Positions 9,873 through 16,556 of a stretch of DNA of 64,000 nt are shown here, one piece after another. The stretch is from a virus: positions 2,621 through 66,620 of IMG/VR virus record IMGVR_UViG_3300027973_000056; one strand, given 5' to 3'. The notes under the pieces were generated by a model that saw only the letters and a program-made list of their open reading frames with translations, did not search any database and was not told the DNA's origin. Position 1 is the first letter of the stretch. Each line of letters opens with the position of its first letter. The position numbers and the translations under genes are program-made.

Positions 9873-9950
9873 TTAGTCACGGTCATTGTCCCATTTTACA
9901 ACAAGCATCAAAATAACCCATAATAATAATAACCACATATTTTTTTCCAT
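9873..9950 (-). CDS. 25-aa hydrophobic micropeptide between tRNAs
   Basis: MEKNMWLLLLWVILMLVVKWDNDRD* fills the Gln-Arg spacer exactly. Confidence 0.35.
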   Translation of the reverse strand: MEKNMWLLLLWVILMLVVKWDNDRD

Positions 9951-9954
9951 TTTG

Positions 9955-10025
9955 TTATCCGACCTGGATTCGAACCAGAAATGACAGTACCAAAAACTGT
10001 AGTGTTACCGTTACACCATCGGACA
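9955..10025 (-). tRNA. tRNA-Gln(TTG)
   Basis: Cloverleaf, loop TTTTGGT. Confidence 0.9.
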
Positions 10026-10030
10026 ATATG

Positions 10031-10104
10031 TGGACCAGATAGGAATCGAACCTATTACCTTCACATTATGAGTGTGCCGCTCTAACCGAATGAGCTACAA
10101 GTCC
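10031..10104 (-). tRNA. tRNA(CAT), probably Ile2 (lysidine) or elongator Met
   Basis: GGACTTG acceptor, loop CTCATAA. Confidence 0.85.
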
Positions 10105-10197
10105 ATGAAGCTAAACATTGCTTTCAGGGTTGAAATGGCTCACAGATAAATCCGAATCACCACCTACTGATTTTACAGTATCTTAGTTTAACTTTTG

Positions 10198-10279
10198 TGG
10201 GAGTAGCTGGACTCGAACCAACGAACTCGAAAGAGGGAAGATTTACAGTCTTCTGCCATTGCCACTAGGCGATACTCCC
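10198..10279 (-). tRNA. tRNA-Tyr(GTA)
   Basis: Loop CTGTAAA, long variable arm. Confidence 0.9.
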
Positions 10280-10282
10280 AAA

Positions 10283-10413
10283 AATCAGGAAAGAGGAAGA
10301 TGGTTCAGTGGACATCCTCTTTTACGATTGGCATTACTAATGGTAGTTTAAACTCCGACGATGTCTTATTCCAACCACTACCAGGTATTTACATCATCAT
10401 TCCCCAATCAACC
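10283..10413 (-). ncRNA. candidate structured RNA in tRNA spacer
   Basis: Nested stems GATTGG/CCAATC and TGGTAGT/ACTACCA, then AAAGAGG/CCTCTTT. Confidence 0.45.
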
Positions 10414-10418
10414 TTTAG

Positions 10419-10491
10419 CACGCACGAAAGGGGTCGAACCTCTGACACATAGTTTTGGAGACTACTGCTCTACCATCTGAGCTACGCACGT
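10419..10491 (-). tRNA. tRNA-Trp(CCA)
   Basis: Cloverleaf, loop CTCCAAA. Confidence 0.9.
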
Positions 10492-10497
10492 GTTTAC

Positions 10498-10743
10498 TTA
10501 ATTAATAAATTCTTCTGTGTTTATGTTATGTTCGTCTAATATTTCGTATATCTTTCCAAACACTAACTCTAAAGTTTCGTACTTATCAACATCTTTACCT
10601 TCTAAAGACCACTCTAAAGACTTTTTAGTATTATGGGTAATTTCCCATAATGCCATAGCCATATCAAAAGACTTAACCGCTCTTTTATGAGCAATTACTT
10701 CATCTTGGTCATTTAAATCAAATTCTAATATTCCTTTTGCCAT
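10498..10743 (-). CDS. hypothetical protein
   Basis: 81-aa ORF between tRNAs. Confidence 0.7.
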   Translation of the reverse strand: MAKGILEFDLNDQDEVIAHKRAVKSFDMAMALWEITHNTKKSLEWSLEGKDVDKYETLELVFGKIYEILDEHNINTEEFIN

Positions 10744-10757
10744 AATATATATTTTTG

Positions 10758-10829
10758 AGGTCGATACAGGATTCGAACCTGTGTAAATAGTTTTGCAGAC
10801 TACCGCCTAATCCACTCGGCCAATCGACC
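10758..10829 (-). tRNA. tRNA-Cys(GCA)
   Basis: Cloverleaf, loop CTGCAAA, U73. Confidence 0.9.
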
Positions 10830-11015
10830 ATTTAACGTTTCTTTAATTTTATATTTTTTACATCTTTTTTTAGGTATCTCAACATAATATGAACCAAATA
10901 CAGAAATAAAAAGTCCAACATAGTTTTCTCCTTGTTCACTAACTTCTTGTAAAACGGTTCCTTCATATAAATGAGGAAAAATATCCGCGCTATCTTTTTT
11001 TACAACTACTTTCAT
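10800..11015 (-). CDS. hypothetical protein (3' end runs into tRNA-Cys)
   Basis: 71-aa ORF; last 10 codons lie within the tRNA. Confidence 0.55.
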   Translation of the reverse strand: MKVVVKKDSADIFPHLYEGTVLQEVSEQGENYVGLFISVFGSYYVEIPKKRCKKYKIKETLNGRLAEWIRR

Positions 11016-11027
11016 TTTAATTTATTT

Positions 11028-11246
11028 TTAATGTGTTCCGTTTGTTAATGAAATCCCATGCCTTACTCCTGTAATGAAATCTTCAATTTCTTCTTCGGTC
11101 ATATTGTTATATCTCTTACCGACAGTATGTCCAATCTCATTACCACAATCACTTAAATCTCCTTCGTATATTGTTACATCTGATTTTCCTTTCAAAGATA
11201 CAGAAATCCAAGATAAATCACTACTGTTAAATGTTCTTTTTTCCAT
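11028..11246 (-). CDS. hypothetical protein
   Basis: 72-aa ORF. Confidence 0.65.
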   Translation of the reverse strand: MEKRTFNSSDLSWISVSLKGKSDVTIYEGDLSDCGNEIGHTVGKRYNNMTEEEIEDFITGVRHGISLTNGTH

Positions 11247-11251
11247 ATTTT

Positions 11252-11875
11252 TTAATTTAATGAATTTGGGTAATACAATAATGTCGGGTTCTTTTTTTGG
11301 ATATCAACCTCGGGATATCTTTCCTTAAATTTCATCACATTAAAAGGTTGAGTTATAATATGGAACCCACTTCTTGTTTTAATAAAAGTCATTCCTTGTT
11401 CTTTTCCCGCCTCTTTCTGTAACTCGTTTATATATTCTCTCATTTTAATTTGACTTGGAGAATGGTTAAATCCATCAATGGATACATTATCAATATCAAT
11501 AATCCATCTTTTCTCTTGAGTCTTTATCTGTCCCACAACCGAGTCAAATAACCCCTTTTGGTTCTGAACTCCATTCTTAATTCTCTCAGCCAAACTTGCC
11601 AACATATCCAAAGACACATCTCTGTGATTTTGTTTCTGAACATGAATGTAAGCTCTTGCCTTGAACATCTCACATAATTGCATCACCTCATCATATCTCC
11701 TTTCCAAATGGTCAACTGATTCAATGCAATATGTTTTAATAGTTCTAACCGACTGATGGTTATCTCTTTCTCCTTCAGGTTGGTCTTTCTTACGTTTGAA
11801 AACATACAGCATATAGAAGTCACCCTTCTCCTCAAAGTTCAATAATGGTTTTATTATGTCTATATTGTTTATCAT
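11252..11875 (-). CDS. AEP (primase-polymerase)-fold-like protein
   Basis: hhDhD (WIIDID) and TRSGFH motifs; ATG at 11875 preferred. Confidence 0.5.
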   Translation of the reverse strand: MINNIDIIKPLLNFEEKGDFYMLYVFKRKKDQPEGERDNHQSVRTIKTYCIESVDHLERRYDEVMQLCEMFKARAYIHVQKQNHRDVSLDMLASLAERIKNGVQNQKGLFDSVVGQIKTQEKRWIIDIDNVSIDGFNHSPSQIKMREYINELQKEAGKEQGMTFIKTRSGFHIITQPFNVMKFKERYPEVDIQKKNPTLLYYPNSLN

Positions 11876-11889
11876 ATCATTTTTTTTTG

Positions 11890-11992
11890 TTGTTAAGGTG
11901 GGATTCGAACCCACAACGTAGTCTCGTAAAGAGAATCATCACCGTTTCGACTTACCGAGCCCTGTGCTCGTTTACATATCTACTACTTAACT
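11890..11992 (-). ncRNA. tRNA-like RNA with rearranged core
   Basis: GTTAAG/CTTAAC acceptor-like stem and perfect T-arm GTGGG-TTCGAAT-CCCAC; no canonical D or anticodon arm. Confidence 0.55.
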
Positions 11993-12330
11993 TCCTACCC
12001 CACTTCACCAGCTTAACGGACTGGCTGCCATATGGGAGTGGGGGTTTCCCGTTAATTCGGGACTCCGCGATGTTGCGGGAATCGAACCCACTCGATGAAC
12101 TACTTGTGATATGCACCAACCATTTGCTCCAATCCTAGTATTAAGGAGTGTTACCTACAAATCACCATCATTCAACCCTTTAACACCAAATTTGACTACT
12201 GACTGACTCCTTTCGAACTTTGAGGGTTTGTATCATTCAATATCAGTAGTCCAAGGCTGTAGGAGCTCATCTTTACACTTAGGCTCTTTGTCTTCTCATG
12301 TTGCAACATTTACGACCGTAGCGTCACCTT
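11993..12330 (-). ncRNA. candidate structured ncRNA(s)
   Basis: GC-rich, no credible ORF; T-arm motif 12075-12091; stems CCCCACT/AGTGGGG, GACTACTGA/TCAGTAGTC, CCTACA/TGTAGG. Confidence 0.5.
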
Positions 12331-12335
12331 GTTTG

Positions 12336-12408
12336 TGGTACGAGGTGGGTTCGAACCACCGACAACTTGTTCTTCAGACAAGCACTCTACCAACTGAGTT
12401 ATCGCACC
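12336..12408 (-). tRNA. tRNA-Phe(GAA)
   Basis: Cloverleaf, loop CTGAAGA. Confidence 0.9.
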
Positions 12409-12411
12409 AAG

Positions 12412-12484
12412 TTTAAAGTTAAAGTCGCCCACACTTGTTCGGGGCGGGACCTTTCGGTCACCTTCGACATCCCCTCAACTTTAA
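12412..12484 (-). ncRNA. candidate small structured RNA
   Basis: TTAAAGTTGA/TTAACTTTAA closing stem with GACC-GAAA-GGTC and CGCCC/GGGCG hairpins. Confidence 0.45.
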
Positions 12485-12696
12485 TTCACTTCAATATCTT
12501 CCAAAGGTACATCTTCTCCCTGAGTATGTTTATAAACTGTATTAAAAAACTCTCCTAACAATCTATAGTCCTCAGGAATCATATGACAAAAATCAAATGC
12601 AGGAATTGCACCATGAATTTGACCTTGTACTACCTTATCAAACTTATCATCTGGTTTGTACTCAAACACAGTATGTCCTCTAAAAATATATTTCAT
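12481..12696 (-). CDS. hypothetical protein
   Basis: 71-aa ORF. Confidence 0.6.
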   Translation of the reverse strand: MKYIFRGHTVFEYKPDDKFDKVVQGQIHGAIPAFDFCHMIPEDYRLLGEFFNTVYKHTQGEDVPLEDIEVN

Positions 12697-12697
12697 A

Positions 12698-12798
12698 ACT
12701 TCCGATTTTGTCTTGTTTTTACTTCCGAATTTGGACGGGTTTTACTTCCGACTTTGTCACTGCTCACATTTGAGGAAGTTTACTGCTCAAATTTGAGA
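12698..12798. repeat. degenerate tandem repeats, 23-bp period
   Basis: ACTTCCGAnTTTG at 12698, 12721, 12744; ACTGCTCAnATTTGAG at 12759, 12782. Confidence 0.75.
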
Positions 12799-12804
12799 TT
12801 TATG

Positions 12805-12877
12805 TAGTCCCTGTAGGAATCGAACCTACGACAACTTGCATGTAAGGCAAGTGCTCTTCCAACTGAGCTAAGAGACT
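12805..12877 (-). tRNA. tRNA-Val(TAC)
   Basis: Cloverleaf, loop CTTACAT. Confidence 0.9.
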
Positions 12878-12882
12878 AAATG

Positions 12883-12956
12883 TATCGCGTACGGGGCTCG
12901 AACCCGTAATCTTCATCGTGAAAGGATGACGACTTAACCAATTTGTCCAACGCGAC
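12883..12956 (-). tRNA. tRNA-Glu(TTC)
   Basis: Cloverleaf, loop CTTTCAC. Confidence 0.9.
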
Positions 12957-12966
12957 ATTTGTTTCA

Positions 12967-12998
12967 CAAAGATACAACCAATATTTCAAAGAGCCAAA
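12967..12998 (-). promoter_or_regulatory. Bacteroidota-type promoter directly upstream of tRNA-Glu
   Basis: TTTG (12998-12995)-N20-TATCTTTG (12974-12967); the spacer contains boxA-like GCTCTTTGAA. Confidence 0.6.
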
Positions 12999-13001
12999 AA
13001 C

Positions 13002-13036
13002 AAAAAACCCTGAACTTCATTTCTGTAGTTCAGGGT
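13002..13036 (-). terminator. attenuator terminator A
   Basis: ACCCTGAACT-N10-AGTTCAGGGT followed by T-tract; 5' arm can alternatively pair with 13097-13088. Confidence 0.8.
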
Positions 13037-13058
13037 ATATAAAAAATTTGGTTTATTT

Positions 13059-13169
13059 TTAGTTTAAAAAATTATTCAAAATTATATCCGAACTACATGA
13101 CTGCATACGCTCATACCAACAAGTTTCTTGTTGTTGACTAAAGACTGTATGTTTTATTGTAGTTCTCAT
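13059..13169 (-). CDS. putative attenuator leader peptide A (36 aa)
   Basis: MRTTIKHTVFSQQQETCWYERMQSCSSDIILNNFLN*; codons match the downstream tRNAs; contains the antiterminator segment. Confidence 0.75.
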   Translation of the reverse strand: MRTTIKHTVFSQQQETCWYERMQSCSSDIILNNFLN

Positions 13170-13187
13170 TGTTTCTAATATATAGTT

Positions 13188-13218
13188 CAAAGATATGAAA
13201 AAATCTTTGAGTGTCAAA
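13188..13218 (-). promoter_or_regulatory. Bacteroidota-type promoter for leader A
   Basis: TTTG (13218-13215)-N19-TATCTTTG (13195-13188), 18 nt before the leader ATG. Confidence 0.7.
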
Positions 13219-13243
13219 TATTTTTCCAAGTATTTATAAAAAG

Positions 13244-13663
13244 ATGAAGACATTAAGAGAAATTATTAAAGAAAATTTATTAGTTGAGAAAAGAATAACT
13301 CAAGTTAACTCATCTTTAGAAGTTTTATTTGTATTTGATGTGAATAGAACCAGTCATGCGTTCGATAGAGATACTAGAGATGATATTGAAGGATATAACA
13401 TAAGAGCGATTGAGAATGATGAAATCAGAGAAATTATCAGTAAGGTAAAAAAAGAAATCTCCGAAAAAATAGTAACAAGAGAAATTGTACCTGAAGAAGA
13501 TTTTGTCGTAAAATCTTTAAAGTGGGAATTGGCAATGGCGATAACTCCTGTTCATATGGGAGGAACCTATTGGCAACTAATCATCAAAACAGTATTTAGA
13601 GAATCCAATCATAACCCTTTTAGAGTTGGTAAAAATCAATTGGTTATTTATTCTGACATCTAA
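13244..13663 (+). CDS. hypothetical protein (late-type, LREIIKENLLVE N-terminus)
   Basis: ATG 13244 after TATTTAT 13231-13237. Confidence 0.7.
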   Translation: MKTLREIIKENLLVEKRITQVNSSLEVLFVFDVNRTSHAFDRDTRDDIEGYNIRAIENDEIREIISKVKKEISEKIVTREIVPEEDFVVKSLKWELAMAITPVHMGGTYWQLIIKTVFRESNHNPFRVGKNQLVIYSDI

Positions 13664-13664
13664 T

Positions 13665-13754
13665 AAAAAAGGGTAACACTAGTATCTGAATCGTTCCCGT
13701 GTTACCCAGTTTGTAATTGAGCTTGTGTATCTAAATCGTGCTCCTCAATCACAA
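13665..13754 (-). ncRNA. candidate sRNA with two hairpins carrying the same loop motif
   Basis: TATCTTTG promoter 13764-13757; ACGATTYAGATAC in both loops; ends GGGTAACAC/GTGTTACCC plus T6. Confidence 0.6.
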
Positions 13755-13816
13755 TACAAAGATACAAAAATATTTTGGTTTACAAAATCTATTGTATTTT
13801 TTTTTTATAAATATTG

Positions 13817-13897
13817 TACCCCAAGTCGGACTCGAACCGACACGACTTACGTCACAAGTTCCTAAAACTTGAGTGTCTACCATTCCACCATCGGGGT
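13817..13897 (-). tRNA. tRNA-Leu(TAG)
   Basis: Loop TTTAGGA, variable arm. Confidence 0.9.
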
Positions 13898-13902
13898 ATA
13901 CA

Positions 13903-13994
13903 TTATCATCGCTCCAGCCACATCGAGGAACACGCCGCCCCCGCGTTGTTTAAGTGTATGAATTGCGCCGTATCTCACTGAGTTACGATGATAA
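13903..13994 (-). ncRNA. candidate structured RNA between tRNA-Arg and tRNA-Leu
   Basis: Closing stem TTATCATCG/CGATGATAA, inner CTTCAGT/GCTGGAG, GC-rich core. Confidence 0.45.
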
Positions 13995-13997
13995 TTG

Positions 13998-14071
13998 TGA
14001 TTCGGAAAGGATTCGAACCTTTGACCCCAAACTTAGAAGGTTTGTGCTCTATCCAGCTGAGCTACCGAACC
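13998..14071 (-). tRNA. tRNA-Arg(TCT)
   Basis: Cloverleaf, loop CTTCTAA. Confidence 0.9.
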
Positions 14072-14279
14072 AAATTTCCCCACCTGAAATCCCAGTGAGT
14101 AGATATTCGCAGTTTTTCGTATTGAAAAACCCAACGCGTCTTACCGCTTAAAAAGTCAAACATACTCGGTGGCGTTGTTACGACCATTCTCCGAGACCCC
14201 CTCTTAAGGCCGTGGTAGGAAACAACCATAACATCTTTAAAGAACGTTACCAAACTTGATGAGTACTTCTAACTCATTG

Positions 14280-14361
14280 TATCAGAGGTGGGACTCGAAC
14301 CCACACGAGCAAAGCTCAACAGATTTTAAGTCTGTCTTGTATACCATTCCAACACTCTGAC
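14280..14361 (-). tRNA. tRNA-Leu(TAA)
   Basis: Loop CTTAAAA, variable arm; TATCTTTG promoter at 14378-14371. Confidence 0.9.
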
Positions 14362-14401
14362 ATTGTTTTACAAAGATAGTGAATATCTTTAATAAAGTCA
14401 T

Positions 14402-14434
14402 AAAAAAACCCCGAACTTTTTTAGTCGGGGTTTT
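14402..14434 (-). terminator. intrinsic terminator
   Basis: AAAACCCCGA/TCGGGGTTTT stem with T-tract. Confidence 0.7.
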
Positions 14435-14451
14435 AATTATAATAATTATTA

Positions 14452-15171
14452 TTAATCATTAAAACTTTCCTCGTAATAAGTATCGCTTGCGTTATCTTCT
14501 ATATTTTCTGTATGAACCAATTCGATTGTCATATCATGAAAATTGAATATAAATTGTCCATCAGAACCTTCATTAATTTCCCAACCACTATAGTTATCAC
14601 TAAGCTCTCTGTAACACCAATCTTCAATTGCAGCTGGAACTCCATCACCTGTTTCATTAAAACTACTTTCAAGATATCCCGAATCACCAGAACCATTATA
14701 TGTTACTATTAAAATCCCATCGTCAGGAATTGTAAGGTCTTCTAATACTCCACTTTCTTCCCATTCTTCAAATAGCTCCTTTCCTTGTTCATCCTCCCAA
14801 GTAACTGAACTACCTTCTCCTCTAGTATAAAAAGACCACCAACGAGTAAAACTAATTTTTTTAGAATCTACGTCAATGTCGTATTCAAGTCTTTGATAAT
14901 TCGTATCATCATTATCAGGTTCTCTAATTAAATTATTATCATCGCAATATTTCATAATTTTTTGAAGTATTGGAATCAATCCTGATGGAATATCTGCATT
15001 GTAGTTATTAGTGAAATGGGTTACATAATCCCAATCAACATTGTCATAATCAAATTCCTCTTGATTATCCATATCAATTTCAATGTTGCCGTCTTGCATT
15101 CCCATTGAACCTAAGTAATTGGATATTCTTCTTAAATATTGTTTTTCTTCTGGTGTTAAAATTCCTTTCAT
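14452..15171 (-). CDS. DUF6878-like protein
   Basis: YNGSGDSG...GWEINEGSDG motif. Confidence 0.6.
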   Translation of the reverse strand: MKGILTPEEKQYLRRISNYLGSMGMQDGNIEIDMDNQEEFDYDNVDWDYVTHFTNNYNADIPSGLIPILQKIMKYCDDNNLIREPDNDDTNYQRLEYDIDVDSKKISFTRWWSFYTRGEGSSVTWEDEQGKELFEEWEESGVLEDLTIPDDGILIVTYNGSGDSGYLESSFNETGDGVPAAIEDWCYRELSDNYSGWEINEGSDGQFIFNFHDMTIELVHTENIEDNASDTYYEESFND

Positions 15172-15182
15172 ACTTATAAATA

Positions 15183-15536
15183 TCAGTCGTTGAACTCTAG
15201 TTTAATTGTTTTTAACATCCATTGAGGACGTTGATTTGTTGATACGTTATTTATCCATTCTTTGGCAGATGGAATGTAGTTATTACAATCTTCTTTAACA
15301 TGTTGTTCTCCAACATATCTGGTGTAGACTGTAGTCCCGTCGCTATTCTTAAATTCGGCCCCAAATCTTTTTTCCATTTCAAAAATACCCTCACTATGAT
15401 GTCTAAACATTCTATGAAGTGAATCTCCAAACCATCCTTTAGTCTCATCTAACCATTCATGTAGATGAATATAGTCTTCAGGTTTTCCACCAAATTTTTT
15501 GGCGGATGATTTTGCATGTAAGTTAGGGTGTGCCAT
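15183..15536 (-). CDS. DUF6915-like protein
   Basis: MAHP..HAKSSAKKFGG..EDY..HEWLD..HR..RHH..G..EQHV.ED signature. Confidence 0.7.
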   Translation of the reverse strand: MAHPNLHAKSSAKKFGGKPEDYIHLHEWLDETKGWFGDSLHRMFRHHSEGIFEMEKRFGAEFKNSDGTTVYTRYVGEQHVKEDCNNYIPSAKEWINNVSTNQRPQWMLKTIKLEFND

Positions 15537-16101
15537 TTTTCCAAGAGTCTTTATTGTAGTTAAAATATACGAAATCTTCTTCTAAATAAGAATAAACATA
15601 ATCAGCCAAATCTTGGTCATAATATTCTTTATAATCATATCCTGATGAATAACCGTTGTTTAAAATGTTATCATACACAATATCAAAAAGTTCATGTGAA
15701 TCATCCATAAAAAATGGAAGTTTTAATATGTCTGAGTATAAATTCTCAACTCTAATTAATAAATCAGGAGTTTTGGTAATCCTTTTTTTTAAAAAAAATT
15801 CATAATCCAAAGTTTTGCCAGGAAATTTTATTTCTTCATGCAATTTTTGTCTAATCCAACTATTAAAGTCATTAGGAATTAAATTAGAGTGTATACAAAA
15901 AAGATGATATATTGAAATCATTCTGATATATGGATTTCTTGTATTTAAAACAAAAAAATATTCTTCTTTACCTTTTGGAATTTGCAAACCATGTAGTCCA
16001 ATAACGTCAAATTCAAAGTATGTTTGAATAGGCATGCATGACCTTGCTGCCGTTCTAATAGGTGTTGCCCACAATACTTTATATTTGTCAGAATAATTCA
16101 T
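15523..16101 (-). CDS. sulfotransferase-family (Sulfotransfer_2-like) protein
   Basis: P.RTA.RS and RNPY.RMIS PAPS-binding-like motifs; EDF..FNY tail. Confidence 0.6.
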   Translation of the reverse strand: MNYSDKYKVLWATPIRTAARSCMPIQTYFEFDVIGLHGLQIPKGKEEYFFVLNTRNPYIRMISIYHLFCIHSNLIPNDFNSWIRQKLHEEIKFPGKTLDYEFFLKKRITKTPDLLIRVENLYSDILKLPFFMDDSHELFDIVYDNILNNGYSSGYDYKEYYDQDLADYVYSYLEEDFVYFNYNKDSWKNGTP

Positions 16102-16334
16102 TATAAAATCTTTTCTTGTCTTCTTCTTGCCATTTCAGCGTCTTTGTACCATCTAATCCAAGTTAAAGACACATCAATTGGTGCTAACACCCAAGCCATA
16201 ACCATAACCATAATAGTATCTAATTCAGGAGACCCACCTGTTGGGTCATCACTATACCTTTTACTAAGGTTTTTAAATAACTGATAGAAACAATATATTA
16301 CACATACAAGGTAATATCCAATAAACATACTCAT
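16101..16334 (-). CDS. small membrane protein
   Basis: ATG 16334; two hydrophobic segments. Confidence 0.6.
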   Translation of the reverse strand: MSMFIGYYLVCVIYCFYQLFKNLSKRYSDDPTGGSPELDTIMVMVMAWVLAPIDVSLTWIRWYKDAEMARRRQEKIL

Positions 16335-16349
16335 AAATAAAAATTTTTG

Positions 16350-16422
16350 AGCCTCCTGTCGGACTCGAACCAACGACCACTTGTTTACAAAACAAGAGCT
16401 CTACCAACTGAGCTAAGGAGGC
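16350..16422 (-). tRNA. tRNA-Thr(TGT)
   Basis: Cloverleaf, loop TTTGTAA. Confidence 0.9.
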
Positions 16423-16425
16423 TTA

Positions 16426-16500
16426 TGGAGCAGATGAGAGGAATCGAACCTCCGTCTCCTACTTGGAAGGAAGGAGTAATGACCATTATACGACATCTGC
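16426..16500 (-). tRNA. tRNA-Gly(TCC)
   Basis: Loop CTTCCAA, encoded CCA. Confidence 0.9.
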
Positions 16501-16556
16501 GTGGAGTGCAGTGGGAGGTACCTTCCCTGTGGTTACTACACATTTTATCCACTTTG

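Noticed and set aside
11915-12045. Hammerhead or twister ribozyme (GTCGAAAC, TGATGA, CCAG-TCCG..AAG-CTGG)
   Set aside because: Core elements are not in the required order or pairing; resemblance only.
12698-12798. Mini CRISPR array
   Set aside because: Repeats of 13-16 nt with linkers of 10 nt or less are too short and degenerate; no cas genes in the window.
11845-12807. Plus-strand ORFs 11845-12138, 12228-12416, 12367-12558 and 12583-12807
   Set aside because: Antisense to tRNAs, ncRNAs or genes, with atypical composition; shadow ORFs.
13059-13253. 64-aa version of the leader A ORF
   Set aside because: The upstream start lies before the promoter; ATG 13169 fits the promoter and the attenuator geometry.
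14362-14451. Third attenuator ahead of the Leu/Arg/Leu array (terminator resembles terminator A)
   Set aside because: No leader ORF or complementary antiterminator segment; it terminates the DUF6878-like gene, and the array has its own promoter.
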